A stretch of DNA of 48,084 nt from a virus (taxonomy: Duplodnaviria; Caudoviricetes): IMG/VR virus record IMGVR_UViG_3300032237_000447, positions 1-48,084 of that record; one strand, written 5' to 3'. Below are positions 18,867 through 28,000 of the stretch, piece by piece (within the stretch, counting starts at the first letter, position 1; each line of letters begins with the position of its first letter). The notes under the pieces are model-generated. The model had not been told where the DNA came from. It did no database searches and saw nothing but the letters and a program-made list of their open reading frames with translations. Both the position numbers and the translations under genes were made by a program.

Positions 18867-19598
18867 ATGTTACGTTTATTAATAATTGGTGACAGTTGGG
18901 GGTGTGGAGAATGGGCAATTTGCTCTGAGAATAATATTAAAGTTGTTCATGCTGGGTTAACTGAATATCTATCTTCCAAATATTTGGTAACTAACTTATC
19001 TAGAAGCGGTGCTAGCAATTGGCAAACTGCATTTTCTTTAAACAATTATCTCACATTTCGAGTTGATCGAGAAACAACACCTATTGTGTTTGTGATACAA
19101 AGCGATGCTAGCCGACCAGTAATGAGCGATAAATTTGATGTGGACTTTGATGTAGATTTGTTACAGTGTACTACTTTACTAGAATTTTATAAAATTGCTT
19201 TAGAAAAGTTTTATATAAAATTAAACTACATAGCCATAAATTATGGTATTAAAATACACATGATCGGCGGATTAACTGATCTTGACCTTGAATTACTTTC
19301 CTTGTATAATAACTTAATTCCGTGTTGCGAAAGTTGGATTAAATTACTCGATGCCAAACATACTATTAGCCAAATTCCGTTAATGTTGGATTCACGATTG
19401 TTAACCAGAGCTAAACGTCTTAATAAATTGAATTTAGTTAACGAAATTATTGACTACAGCGATCGACATTTTTTACAAGCACAAAAACTTATGGAAACAG
19501 ATTTTTTTGGTCCAGCATATGGTGATTTTCATCCCAGTAGAAAATCTCACGAAATATTAACAAATTACATTACAACTTATTTGGAAAATACAAAATAA
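18867..19598 (+). CDS. SGNH/GDSL hydrolase-like protein
   Basis: IIGDSWG, NLSRSGASN, DFHP. Confidence 0.7.
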   Translation: MLRLLIIGDSWGCGEWAICSENNIKVVHAGLTEYLSSKYLVTNLSRSGASNWQTAFSLNNYLTFRVDRETTPIVFVIQSDASRPVMSDKFDVDFDVDLLQCTTLLEFYKIALEKFYIKLNYIAINYGIKIHMIGGLTDLDLELLSLYNNLIPCCESWIKLLDAKHTISQIPLMLDSRLLTRAKRLNKLNLVNEIIDYSDRHFLQAQKLMETDFFGPAYGDFHPSRKSHEILTNYITTYLENTK

Positions 19599-20800
19599 TG
19601 AGAAAACTATTTTATATGGGCCTTGAATCATATGAGGCCCGTTACACTTTACAACTCACCGAGTGGAATCGACGTGTTTTCGATCGCCGTGGACTTGATG
19701 TAGTTTATGTTCCAGGAGCCACTATTGACAACACACAAAGCATCAGTGTCGGCCAAGTGTTAGACGCACATGGTCGCAGTTTCTTTAGTATGAGCCAAAT
19801 GATGAACCTGGTTCAAATGATGCGTAATGGAGAAGTTACTAATGAAGATGTTATCTACTTTGAAGACATGTTTCAACCCGGTATCGAGAGCTTACCTTAC
19901 ATTCTTGATCAAGTCGATCCTACTCAGCGTCCCCGTATATTTGTTCGTTGTCTTGCTCAGGCCATTGATCCTGATGACTTTGTTCATGTATGGGGTATGG
20001 CTAAGTGGATGGGTATATATGAGAAGATGGTTAATGAATTTGCCACTGGTGTATTAGCTACCAATGAAGAAATGGTTGCCCACATGCGCATTGCAGGTTG
20101 GGAAGCACCTATCTATAATATTAGTGGACTGGCGTTTAACAAGGCAGAAGTTCTTGAACGCATTGGTGGTGCGGAAAACATTCGACCATTTGCAGATCGT
20201 AAACAACGGGTGGTATTTGCCGCACGGTTTGATCAAGAGAAACAACCAGGATTCTTTATGGACCTGATTGAAATGTGGGCCACACAAGGTTCTTATCCTG
20301 TGGAGTTTGCCATCTTACAAGGTGGTCCATTGCGTAGTAATAATCCAGAGTATGTTAGCCGTGCTAGAAATTTAGAATCTCGTGGATTACTTAAAATTTA
20401 TGAGAACTTAAAGAAAAATGATTACTATAACCTTGTCAATGATAGTCGCGTTATGTTTAATTGTGCATTACAGGACTGGGTATCTAACACTGTATCAGAA
20501 GCAGATACTTTGGGCTGCAATGTTCTTTATCCTGCTTACAGAAGTTTTCCCGAGACTTTTGCTGATGATCCTAATCGCCTTTATGTTCCTTGGTCAATCG
20601 ACGACGCATTCCATAAGTTAGGAAACTTATTAAACGCACCGCATCATAATATGGGTTTGATTAGCGATTGGACCGATGGTACAGTAGATCGCATTGTAGA
20701 TATCTTAGAAGGCAAGGGCGAGCAATGGAATCGTGCAGGAAATCGTTATCGTGATCAGGTTAGTCAAGCCAAATACCATGTCAGGAAGATTGAAGGGTGA
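19598..20800 (+). CDS. GT-B glycosyltransferase
   Basis: VFAARFDQEKQP, ALQDWVSNTVSEA, GCNVLYP resemble the GT4-like C-terminal donor-binding region. Confidence 0.75.
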   Translation: MRKLFYMGLESYEARYTLQLTEWNRRVFDRRGLDVVYVPGATIDNTQSISVGQVLDAHGRSFFSMSQMMNLVQMMRNGEVTNEDVIYFEDMFQPGIESLPYILDQVDPTQRPRIFVRCLAQAIDPDDFVHVWGMAKWMGIYEKMVNEFATGVLATNEEMVAHMRIAGWEAPIYNISGLAFNKAEVLERIGGAENIRPFADRKQRVVFAARFDQEKQPGFFMDLIEMWATQGSYPVEFAILQGGPLRSNNPEYVSRARNLESRGLLKIYENLKKNDYYNLVNDSRVMFNCALQDWVSNTVSEADTLGCNVLYPAYRSFPETFADDPNRLYVPWSIDDAFHKLGNLLNAPHHNMGLISDWTDGTVDRIVDILEGKGEQWNRAGNRYRDQVSQAKYHVRKIEG

Positions 20801-21378
20801 GCTTTAACGCACTGTTCAAATTTGAACAAGACCTAGCTGAATATACAGGTGCTCCATATGCAGTAGTAACAGATGGTGGCACCCATGCTATTGAGTTATG
20901 TTTAAGACACGATCGGCCGCAGATGTTAGCGTTCACAGCGTTTACCTATTTGTCAGTGCCTATGCTCATGCATCATTTACAAATTAATTATGTGTTAACT
21001 AGCGAAGAATGGGCTGGAGAATACCAATTACATGGCACACGCATTTGGGACAGTGCTCGCAGACTTGAACACGGAATGTATCGCTCTGGGCAGTTGCAAT
21101 GTCTAAGTTTTGGATATAGCAAGCCCTTGTATCTTGGAAAAGTTGGTGCTATTTTGTTAGATGACAAAGAAGCTTATCATACTTTAAGTGCGTGGCGTAG
21201 TGACGGTAGAGACCTGCGTAAACAACCCTGGCAAGACCAACAAGTGTTTGGAATGGGCTGGCATTACTGTCCTACAATTGAAGATTGTGTACGAGGATCA
21301 GAGATGTTGCCTAGCATTGTGCCAACAAGTCAAAAAGTTAATTATCCAGATTGTAGAAATATTCAAATTGTGCATTGA
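20797..21378 (+). CDS. Short DegT/DnrJ-type PLP sugar aminotransferase-like protein
   Basis: FEQDLAEYTGAPYAVVTDGGTHAIEL, WDSA, LSFGYSKPL..G.GAIL. Confidence 0.7.
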   Translation: MSFNALFKFEQDLAEYTGAPYAVVTDGGTHAIELCLRHDRPQMLAFTAFTYLSVPMLMHHLQINYVLTSEEWAGEYQLHGTRIWDSARRLEHGMYRSGQLQCLSFGYSKPLYLGKVGAILLDDKEAYHTLSAWRSDGRDLRKQPWQDQQVFGMGWHYCPTIEDCVRGSEMLPSIVPTSQKVNYPDCRNIQIVH

Positions 21379-21403
21379 CATTGACCTAAATAACCTTTAT
21401 AAT
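21375..21403 (+). promoter_or_regulatory. Consensus sigma70 promoter with an embedded TAAATA late-type box
   Basis: TTGACA-17 nt-TATAAT; ctaaata at 21386-21392. Confidence 0.75.
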
Positions 21404-21445
21404 AGCAGTAAGACTAGCCATCCTCGGCTTTAACTCGGAGAAATA

Positions 21446-22213
21446 ATGTCTAAGAAAAATAAACTAGTAGAAGAAGCACCGTTCCATCCAGGATACGAAG
21501 ATGCAGTAGTAAGACCCGATGATGGTCGTCCACTAAGCGAAGTAATTCGTAAGCGTATGATTGCTGGCAAGAAACGCTTTTGGGCCGGCGATAACATTAG
21601 TGAATATGTTACAGAGGAAGATAAACAACAACTGATCAAAGAAGCTACACAGGCATTTGAAAAAGTCTTAGATGCCTTGTTGATCGATCGTGCATACGAT
21701 CCTAACAGTCACGGCACAGCTTGTCGATTAGCCAAGATGTATTACAATGAAATTATGGCAGGACGATATGAACAAGCTCCAGATTGTACTGCCTTCCCAA
21801 ACAATAGTGAGGATAGATATGAAGGAATGTTGGTTGTACGCAGTGAGTTGCGTAGTATGTGTAGTCATCACCATCAGCCTGTCGCGGGTGTTGCCTACAT
21901 TGGTATTATTGCCGCAGAAAAACTTATTGGCTTGTCCAAGTACACAAGAATTGCACAATGGTGTGCAAGACGTGGTACTCTTCAGGAAGAATTGTGCAAC
22001 GATATTGCCCGCGAAATAATGAAGGCAACCGACAGCAAAAATGTAGGTGTATACATTCAGGCGATTCACGGATGTTGCGAAAATCGCGGCATTATGGCAC
22101 ATAGTTCATTGACGCAAACTACTGTTCTTAAAGGAGTTTTTAATAGTGATCCAGCAACCAAAAAAGAGTTTATGGACAATATCAAACTTCAACAAGAGTT
22201 TGCTCCAAGATGA
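21446..22213 (+). CDS. folE: GTP cyclohydrolase I
   Basis: SMCSHHHQP, IGLSKYTRI, LQEEL, HGCCENRG. Confidence 0.95.
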   Translation: MSKKNKLVEEAPFHPGYEDAVVRPDDGRPLSEVIRKRMIAGKKRFWAGDNISEYVTEEDKQQLIKEATQAFEKVLDALLIDRAYDPNSHGTACRLAKMYYNEIMAGRYEQAPDCTAFPNNSEDRYEGMLVVRSELRSMCSHHHQPVAGVAYIGIIAAEKLIGLSKYTRIAQWCARRGTLQEELCNDIAREIMKATDSKNVGVYIQAIHGCCENRGIMAHSSLTQTTVLKGVFNSDPATKKEFMDNIKLQQEFAPR

Positions 22214-22635
22214 TACAACCATTAAGAGATGATCTCATGGTGCAACAACAGTTGCCTGCGGGCGTAGAAGGTCGTGTGGCTGCCTGGCAACACATGGTCG
22301 CTGTGATCATGCTGAATCAAACCGGACGCAAGCCTGTAAAAACTGTATTCCCCATCTTCATGCACCATTGGCCCACACAAGCCAAGTTCCGCAAGGCTAC
22401 GGAACAAGAGGTCAAGGATGTGATATGGAGCCTGGGCATGGTCAATGTGCGTTATAAAAGATTAGTTGAAATGAGCTATGATTTTGGGCGGTGGAACCTG
22501 GATGATGCCACCGAGTTATATGGCATTGGCAAGTATGGATCGGATAGTTATGAAATCTTTTTTAAGAACAATTACACAGTAGAACCCAACGACAAAGAAT
22601 TACGGCGATATTTAGAAGAGGAAGCGTTCGCATGA
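22210..22635 (+). CDS. HhH-GPD DNA glycosylase, MBD4-like
   Basis: WQHMVAVIMLNQT, LGMVNVR, LYGIGKYGSDSYEIF, PNDKEL parallel the MBD4 catalytic domain motifs. Confidence 0.8.
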   Translation: MIQPLRDDLMVQQQLPAGVEGRVAAWQHMVAVIMLNQTGRKPVKTVFPIFMHHWPTQAKFRKATEQEVKDVIWSLGMVNVRYKRLVEMSYDFGRWNLDDATELYGIGKYGSDSYEIFFKNNYTVEPNDKELRRYLEEEAFA

Positions 22636-22775
22636 TACAGAAACTAAGAATTAAACTAGCTCGTTGGATCTTAGGCAACCATTGTGCTTGCTATCGCATG
22701 GGCTATCATACACTTTGCGACTTTAAACAACGCACAGCAGATGCGGCTGCACATCAACAATCAAGGAAAGAATGA
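22632..22775 (+). CDS. 47-aa hypothetical protein (not in the ORF track)
   Basis: MIQKLRIKLARWILGNHCACYRMGYHTLCDFKQRTADAAAHQQSRKE; ATGA overlaps at both ends. Confidence 0.6.
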   Translation: MIQKLRIKLARWILGNHCACYRMGYHTLCDFKQRTADAAAHQQSRKE

Positions 22776-23275
22776 AAGCCTTGGTACTTGTGGCACATCC
22801 AGATGATTGCGTTATCTGGGCTAGTGCATATATGGATGCGCATCCCGAACACGGCTGGACAATTACATACCTAACACACTGGCGATTTCAAAAAAGAGGT
22901 CGTGAGATTAGTCGTTACTGGAACCACAGAAATGTGCCTGTTCGTTTTTTAGGATTCAAAGACCACGGTAGAGATCTAGGCACCAACAGTTTGATTACTT
23001 GGTCCGAAGAAAAAGCTATCAAAGCATTACAACAGGCAACACAGGAATATGATCTAATACTGACCCACGGTGCCGACGGTGAGTATGGTCATCCGCATCA
23101 TCGTGTTGTACACAAGGCTGTTAAAGATATGACGTTTCTTAAGAAAATTTATTTTTCAAAAGATCCCACAGACATAGCTTACCCAGTTAAGATTGGGCGA
23201 GGCGAATTACCGAGACATAGAGCAGCTATAGAAGTACATGCTCAACCCATAGCATATTATACGGAAGAATCATGA
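22772..23275 (+). CDS. PIG-L/LmbE-family N-acetyl-sugar deacetylase
   Basis: VAHPDD, THGADGEYGHPHH. Confidence 0.8.
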   Translation: MKALVLVAHPDDCVIWASAYMDAHPEHGWTITYLTHWRFQKRGREISRYWNHRNVPVRFLGFKDHGRDLGTNSLITWSEEKAIKALQQATQEYDLILTHGADGEYGHPHHRVVHKAVKDMTFLKKIYFSKDPTDIAYPVKIGRGELPRHRAAIEVHAQPIAYYTEES

Positions 23276-23457
23276 TAGCACTAACAGCGTTGATGTGCAT
23301 ACTACTTGGATATCAAGTCACAATGCCTGCTGTCGATAATGCCAAATATACATTCACTGTTCATAAAGAACAAATTGTTCGAATGAACACGCAAAACGGA
23401 ACATTTGAAGTATGCGATGAGCATTTGAAATGTACGCCGGTTGAAACAAATAAATAG
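23272..23457 (+). CDS. Small hypothetical protein with an N-terminal hydrophobic segment
   Basis: ATGA overlap; 61 aa. Confidence 0.55.
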   Translation: MIALTALMCILLGYQVTMPAVDNAKYTFTVHKEQIVRMNTQNGTFEVCDEHLKCTPVETNK

Positions 23458-23463
23458 TAGTAC

Positions 23464-23528
23464 AGCGGCCTTTCGGCGTCATCCCGCTTTACAAATTCTG
23501 CCGCCTATGCTATAATCTAACATAGGAG
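23464..23528 (+). promoter_or_regulatory. queD leader: H-type pseudoknot, SD-sequestering hairpin and an overlapping sigma70-like promoter
   Basis: agcgg/ccgct stem; loop cggcg pairs with tgccg; cctatg/catagg covers the start of the SD; TTTACA-17-TATAAT at 23488-23516. Confidence 0.5.
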
Positions 23529-23534
23529 AAATAA

Positions 23535-24035
23535 ATGATTCAGCCCGTAACATATAAATTTACCAGCACCAAAGAGTATGTGGACCAATTTCCTGTGGCG
23601 TATCGCCAGTGGAGGGCCGATAGCCATTGTAACCTAATACACGGTTATTCCTTTAGTATGAAGTTCTACTTTGGAACTAACGACTTGGATGTGCGTAACT
23701 GGGCCGCAGACTACGGCGGACTTAAAGAACTTAAAGAAGTGCTACAGTCACAGTTTGATCACACACTGTTAGTAGCCGAAGACGATCCTGAACTTGAAAC
23801 CTATAAGTTATTAGAATCAAAAAACATGGCCAAGTTAACTATCCTTCCACGCCTAGGTTGTGAAGGGTTAGCCGACATGCTGTACAAGTTTGTAAACGGT
23901 GTTTATATTCCTGACACATGGGGACCAGGAGAAGCGGCTCGCTTATGGTGCTACAGAGTTGAAGTTAGAGAAACTCAAAGCAACATGGCATTCCGTGAAG
24001 GACACCGTGAATGGAACGAAGATTTGTTTGCGTGA
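23535..24035 (+). CDS. queD: 6-carboxy-5,6,7,8-tetrahydropterin synthase
   Basis: SHCNLIHGYS, FDHTLL, GCEGLA, VEVRET. Confidence 0.9.
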   Translation: MIQPVTYKFTSTKEYVDQFPVAYRQWRADSHCNLIHGYSFSMKFYFGTNDLDVRNWAADYGGLKELKEVLQSQFDHTLLVAEDDPELETYKLLESKNMAKLTILPRLGCEGLADMLYKFVNGVYIPDTWGPGEAARLWCYRVEVRETQSNMAFREGHREWNEDLFA

Positions 24036-24046
24036 TAATATACGCA

Positions 24047-24054
24047 TATAAATA
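24047..24054 (+). promoter_or_regulatory. T4-type late promoter TATAAATA
   Basis: Exact TATAAATA upstream of the SD ggag and GTG at 24078. Confidence 0.55.
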
Positions 24055-24077
24055 TTTGTCGTTCCAAGGAGAGATGC

Positions 24078-24905
24078 GTGTCTACGCTTAAAATTCACCA
24101 AAATATTGTTGATCAAGAAACAATCAAAGAGTTAGTTGACTTTTTTTACACAGATAAATCTGGACTAGATGTGCGTCCTGATAATATCAGTAAAAACATT
24201 GACTGGAGTAAAGACAGGTGGGACAAACTAACTGTTAAAAAAATCCTTGATCAAATTCTTGAACCAGGTTATGAGCTAGAATACTGGATGGGCATGTACC
24301 GAGCAGATTTTCGCAAAGGTGATACCTATTTTCCTATACATGCCGACACTGGTGCGGGCAAAGACAAACAGGCCATCTACAAAAACATTTTAATTCCATT
24401 AGAATTACCCAAAGAGCCCGGCACGGTTGGTACTGTGTTTTTTGACAACTACTGGAATGGCCCTATGGCCAAGTTTAGCAAACAACCGCATTATGAATGT
24501 GGGTACGACTTGCCTAATCGCCATGGTGGAAAGACCTTTGTTGAAGACCTGCGATTGCTCAAAGAACAAGCCGTTAATAATCCTGCAAGCATCACCGACT
24601 GGATAGTTGATAATGAATTCCTTGAAATGTTAGAATACCTGATTCCACTTAGGCTGACTAGACAAAATCATCCTGTCCGTGATTACTCTGATGTCGTTAA
24701 CTCACACAATCAACCTTTTCCAGAAGATGTTAGACAAAAGTATCTCCCACATATCAATCCAGAAGATCTACATGGCTTATCGTTTGATCAATGTTATGAA
24801 TGGTCCATAGGCGATGTTATCAGCTGGGATCGACCACAAATACATGCTACTGCCGCTGGGCCCACTGGCAAATTGTTTTTGACAATTTTTACTGTAAGAG
24901 AATAA
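24078..24905 (+). CDS. Putative 2OG-Fe(II) oxygenase-like protein
   Basis: IHADTG (HxD), ILIPL, distal WDRPQIHA. Confidence 0.55.
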   Translation: MSTLKIHQNIVDQETIKELVDFFYTDKSGLDVRPDNISKNIDWSKDRWDKLTVKKILDQILEPGYELEYWMGMYRADFRKGDTYFPIHADTGAGKDKQAIYKNILIPLELPKEPGTVGTVFFDNYWNGPMAKFSKQPHYECGYDLPNRHGGKTFVEDLRLLKEQAVNNPASITDWIVDNEFLEMLEYLIPLRLTRQNHPVRDYSDVVNSHNQPFPEDVRQKYLPHINPEDLHGLSFDQCYEWSIGDVISWDRPQIHATAAGPTGKLFLTIFTVRE

Positions 24906-24917
24906 TAGAAAGAAAAT

Positions 24918-25673
24918 ATGAAACTAAAATTACCTGAAGATTTAATTTGTTGCCTTCCTAGTACAATCGAAGACCCAATTCGAATTGGATGCGATAGCGA
25001 TGGTGGCTATATTGTTCCTCGTATGGTATTAGATCATTGCGACGACCTTCTTAGTTTTGGACTTGGTGAAAACTGGAGCTTTGACCGTGCATGGAAAAAA
25101 CTCAAACCTGATGCAAAAATTCACATGTACGATGGCACTGTGAATATTAATAATATGAAAGATTATTTACGAGCTCAATATCATGAGTTTTTTAGCAAAT
25201 CGGCCGTGCATTTTATTGAAAATGTTGGGCGCAAAGGCTACAACATTACTCATACAGAAGTAGGGGAAGCAGTTGACCGTTTGGAGAGCCAACGTATCAT
25301 GTTAAAAATAGATATTGAAGGCGGTGAATTTATCATATTAGATGATATACTTTCCAGACGTGATATTTTTCCTGTCATTGTAATTGAAATACATTTTGCC
25401 AACCATCATAGAGAAAATTTTAAACAGACCATTGAAAAAATCAAAGAATACTACGAGTTGGTTCATACACACGGCAATAATCATACAGTGCTAGGCGCAG
25501 ATGGTAGCTGTGATTGTTTTGAGTTTACCTTTGTACGCAAAGACTTATGCAATGATACTACCTTACGTCACGAGTTTTATATTGACGGGTTGGATTTTAG
25601 CAATGTTCCGGGTTTAGATGATTACGAGTTTTATTTTGAAGATTCTCCCCCAACTAAATCTAAAAAGAAATAA
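24918..25673 (+). CDS. FkbM-like methyltransferase
   Basis: RIGCDSDGGY, LSFGLG, LKIDIEGGE, IEIH, HGNN. Confidence 0.75.
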   Translation: MKLKLPEDLICCLPSTIEDPIRIGCDSDGGYIVPRMVLDHCDDLLSFGLGENWSFDRAWKKLKPDAKIHMYDGTVNINNMKDYLRAQYHEFFSKSAVHFIENVGRKGYNITHTEVGEAVDRLESQRIMLKIDIEGGEFIILDDILSRRDIFPVIVIEIHFANHHRENFKQTIEKIKEYYELVHTHGNNHTVLGADGSCDCFEFTFVRKDLCNDTTLRHEFYIDGLDFSNVPGLDDYEFYFEDSPPTKSKKK

Positions 25674-26303
25674 ATGAAGATTTTTTTAACTGGGGCAAGT
25701 TCTGGAGTAGGTCGAGCCTGTTACGAATTACTAAAAACAGATCATACCGTCGTAACCCCAACAAGTCAAGAATTTAATCTAGGAAATTTTGCCGACATTG
25801 ACGCAATAGATTTGTCCAACATTGACTGTGTAATCAACTGTGCCGGAGTTAATCCGGGATCGTACCAAGGTTGGAAAAATAACCAATGGGAAAAACAACA
25901 ACACCAAGTTGACGTGAATTTTACAGGTGCTTTGCTGTTGGTTAAGAAATATGTTTGTCAACGCAAACAAGGACAGTTTGTCTACATGACCAGTAGCAAC
26001 ATTGATGATCCTATTGCTCATAACATATTTTACACAGCGGCCAAGTATGCGCTGAGATACAGCATTGATACTATTAGAAAAGAATGTCCAGACATGGTGT
26101 TTACAGAAATATGTCCTGGCAAAATTAAAACCAATATGCTACAGCAAAATTATCAAGATACCAAAACTGCTGAAGAGATTGAAAAATTATATGCACAGTC
26201 TCCTACACTCGCCGCAGAAGAAGTAGCAGAGATGATTGTATTTGCAATCAATCGTCAACTAGATCATATTACAATTTTACCTCACAACCACGGCCAGAAA
26301 TAA
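25674..26303 (+). CDS. Short-chain dehydrogenase/reductase
   Basis: TGASSGVG, INCAG, YTAAK, PGKIKT. Confidence 0.85.
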   Translation: MKIFLTGASSGVGRACYELLKTDHTVVTPTSQEFNLGNFADIDAIDLSNIDCVINCAGVNPGSYQGWKNNQWEKQQHQVDVNFTGALLLVKKYVCQRKQGQFVYMTSSNIDDPIAHNIFYTAAKYALRYSIDTIRKECPDMVFTEICPGKIKTNMLQQNYQDTKTAEEIEKLYAQSPTLAAEEVAEMIVFAINRQLDHITILPHNHGQK

Positions 26304-26312
26304 GTAACTCAT

Positions 26313-27170
26313 ATGTCAAAACGCAAATACAGTATAGCAGTAATGTTGGCCACTCATAAAAGAACAGACGCACTTAGTCGTAGTGTGTTTAGTTTGCTTA
26401 AATTCACAAAAAATTTAAATCGCATACAACTTATCTTTGGAATTGATGACAATGATACTATTGGAACCGATCACTTTGTTGATGTTATCCAACCAGAATT
26501 AGACCGGCGTGGGGTAGATTATATTGCTCTTAGTTTTGAACCGTTAGGATATTTGAAACTTAATCAATATTATAACAGAATGGCCGAAGAAGCTGACGCC
26601 GATTGGTTAATGGTTTGGTGTGATGATGCTATCATGGAAACACAAGATTGGGACGAGCGAGTTGCAGAATGCACTGGGGAATTTAAGTTGTTAAAAGCAC
26701 ACGCACACAACGAACATCCCTATGCAGTATTCCCAATTTTACCTGCTGAATGGCGCGAGGTTACTGGATATTTTGCACATCATCAAATGTTAGATGCCGA
26801 AGTTAGTCAAATGGCCTACATGTTAGATGTTATGAAAATTATTGAGATTACTATCACACACGACCGCGCGGACCTCACAGGTAACAACAAAGACGAAACC
26901 AACAACAAGAAAGTAATGTTAGAAGGTAATCCTAATAATCCACTAGATTTTCATTACCCTAAACTTCGGAATCAACGTCTAGCAGATACAGAGAAAATTG
27001 CTCAATACATGAAATCTGTTGGCCTCGATACTTCATGGTGGGAAGAAGTTAGGGCCGGAACAAAAAGTCCATGGACGTTAATGAAAGCTAACGACCCTAA
27101 CGGTCAAACTGTGACTCTCGAGTCGACTACAGATGCTAATGGGCGAACAATTCATAGAAAAATAAACTAA
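26313..27170 (+). CDS. GT-A (GT2-like) glycosyltransferase, paralog 1
   Basis: IAVMLATHKR, GIDDND, WLMVWCDD. Confidence 0.7.
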   Translation: MSKRKYSIAVMLATHKRTDALSRSVFSLLKFTKNLNRIQLIFGIDDNDTIGTDHFVDVIQPELDRRGVDYIALSFEPLGYLKLNQYYNRMAEEADADWLMVWCDDAIMETQDWDERVAECTGEFKLLKAHAHNEHPYAVFPILPAEWREVTGYFAHHQMLDAEVSQMAYMLDVMKIIEITITHDRADLTGNNKDETNNKKVMLEGNPNNPLDFHYPKLRNQRLADTEKIAQYMKSVGLDTSWWEEVRAGTKSPWTLMKANDPNGQTVTLESTTDANGRTIHRKIN

Positions 27171-28000
27171 TGCCTAAAAACACATATAGCATAGCTGTAT
27201 TATTACCCACTAGAGGACGTACCATTGCACTTGAAAATAGTGTGTTTAGTATATTAACGTTGGCTTCGGCGCCTGAAAAAATACAACTAGTATTTGGATT
27301 TGACAATGATGATTCTGTGGGACTTGACTACTTTCTAGAAAAAATACAACCAAAACTAGACGAGCTTGATGCAAATTATATTGCGTTGTCGTTTGAAAGT
27401 ATGGGATACGAAGGGCTTAATCTTTACTATAATATTTTATCAACAAATACCAATGCCGATTGGCTTTTCGTTTGGAACGACGACTGTATTATGAATACTA
27501 AAGCATGGGATGACGAAGTGCGCAAGTACGATGGGCAATTCAAAGTTCTTAAAGTACATACACACAACGAACATCCGTACAGTATTTTTCCTATAATTCC
27601 ATCGACATGGACAGCCCTTGGTCAAGTTAGTCGTCATCAAATGATTGATGCAGAAATTAGTCAAATTGGATATATGCTAGATATAATACAAATTGTTGAC
27701 ATTGATGTAACACATGATCGAACTGACCTTACCGGTAATCAATCGAACGAACCATCAAAACCAAGAATTCGATTTGAAGGAAACCCAGAAGCTCCGTTAG
27801 ATTTTCATAATCATTTGTATGTTCAGACCCGAATGAACGACGCTGAAAGATTATCTATTCTATTAAAAACAACGAATGTTGATACTACATTTTGGGAAAA
27901 TGTTAAATCTCTCAAGCAGGATCCTTGGGAAAAACTTAAACAAAATGATATTAACGGCCATATGTACCAATTTCCGTTACCGGGAGCCAATGTAACATGA
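27170..28000 (+). CDS. GT-A (GT2-like) glycosyltransferase, paralog 2
   Basis: IAVLLPTRGR, GFDNDD, WLFVWNDD; colinear with the upstream paralog (HNEHPY, HQM.DAE, HDR.DLTGN). Confidence 0.7.
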   Translation: MPKNTYSIAVLLPTRGRTIALENSVFSILTLASAPEKIQLVFGFDNDDSVGLDYFLEKIQPKLDELDANYIALSFESMGYEGLNLYYNILSTNTNADWLFVWNDDCIMNTKAWDDEVRKYDGQFKVLKVHTHNEHPYSIFPIIPSTWTALGQVSRHQMIDAEISQIGYMLDIIQIVDIDVTHDRTDLTGNQSNEPSKPRIRFEGNPEAPLDFHNHLYVQTRMNDAERLSILLKTTNVDTTFWENVKSLKQDPWEKLKQNDINGHMYQFPLPGANVT

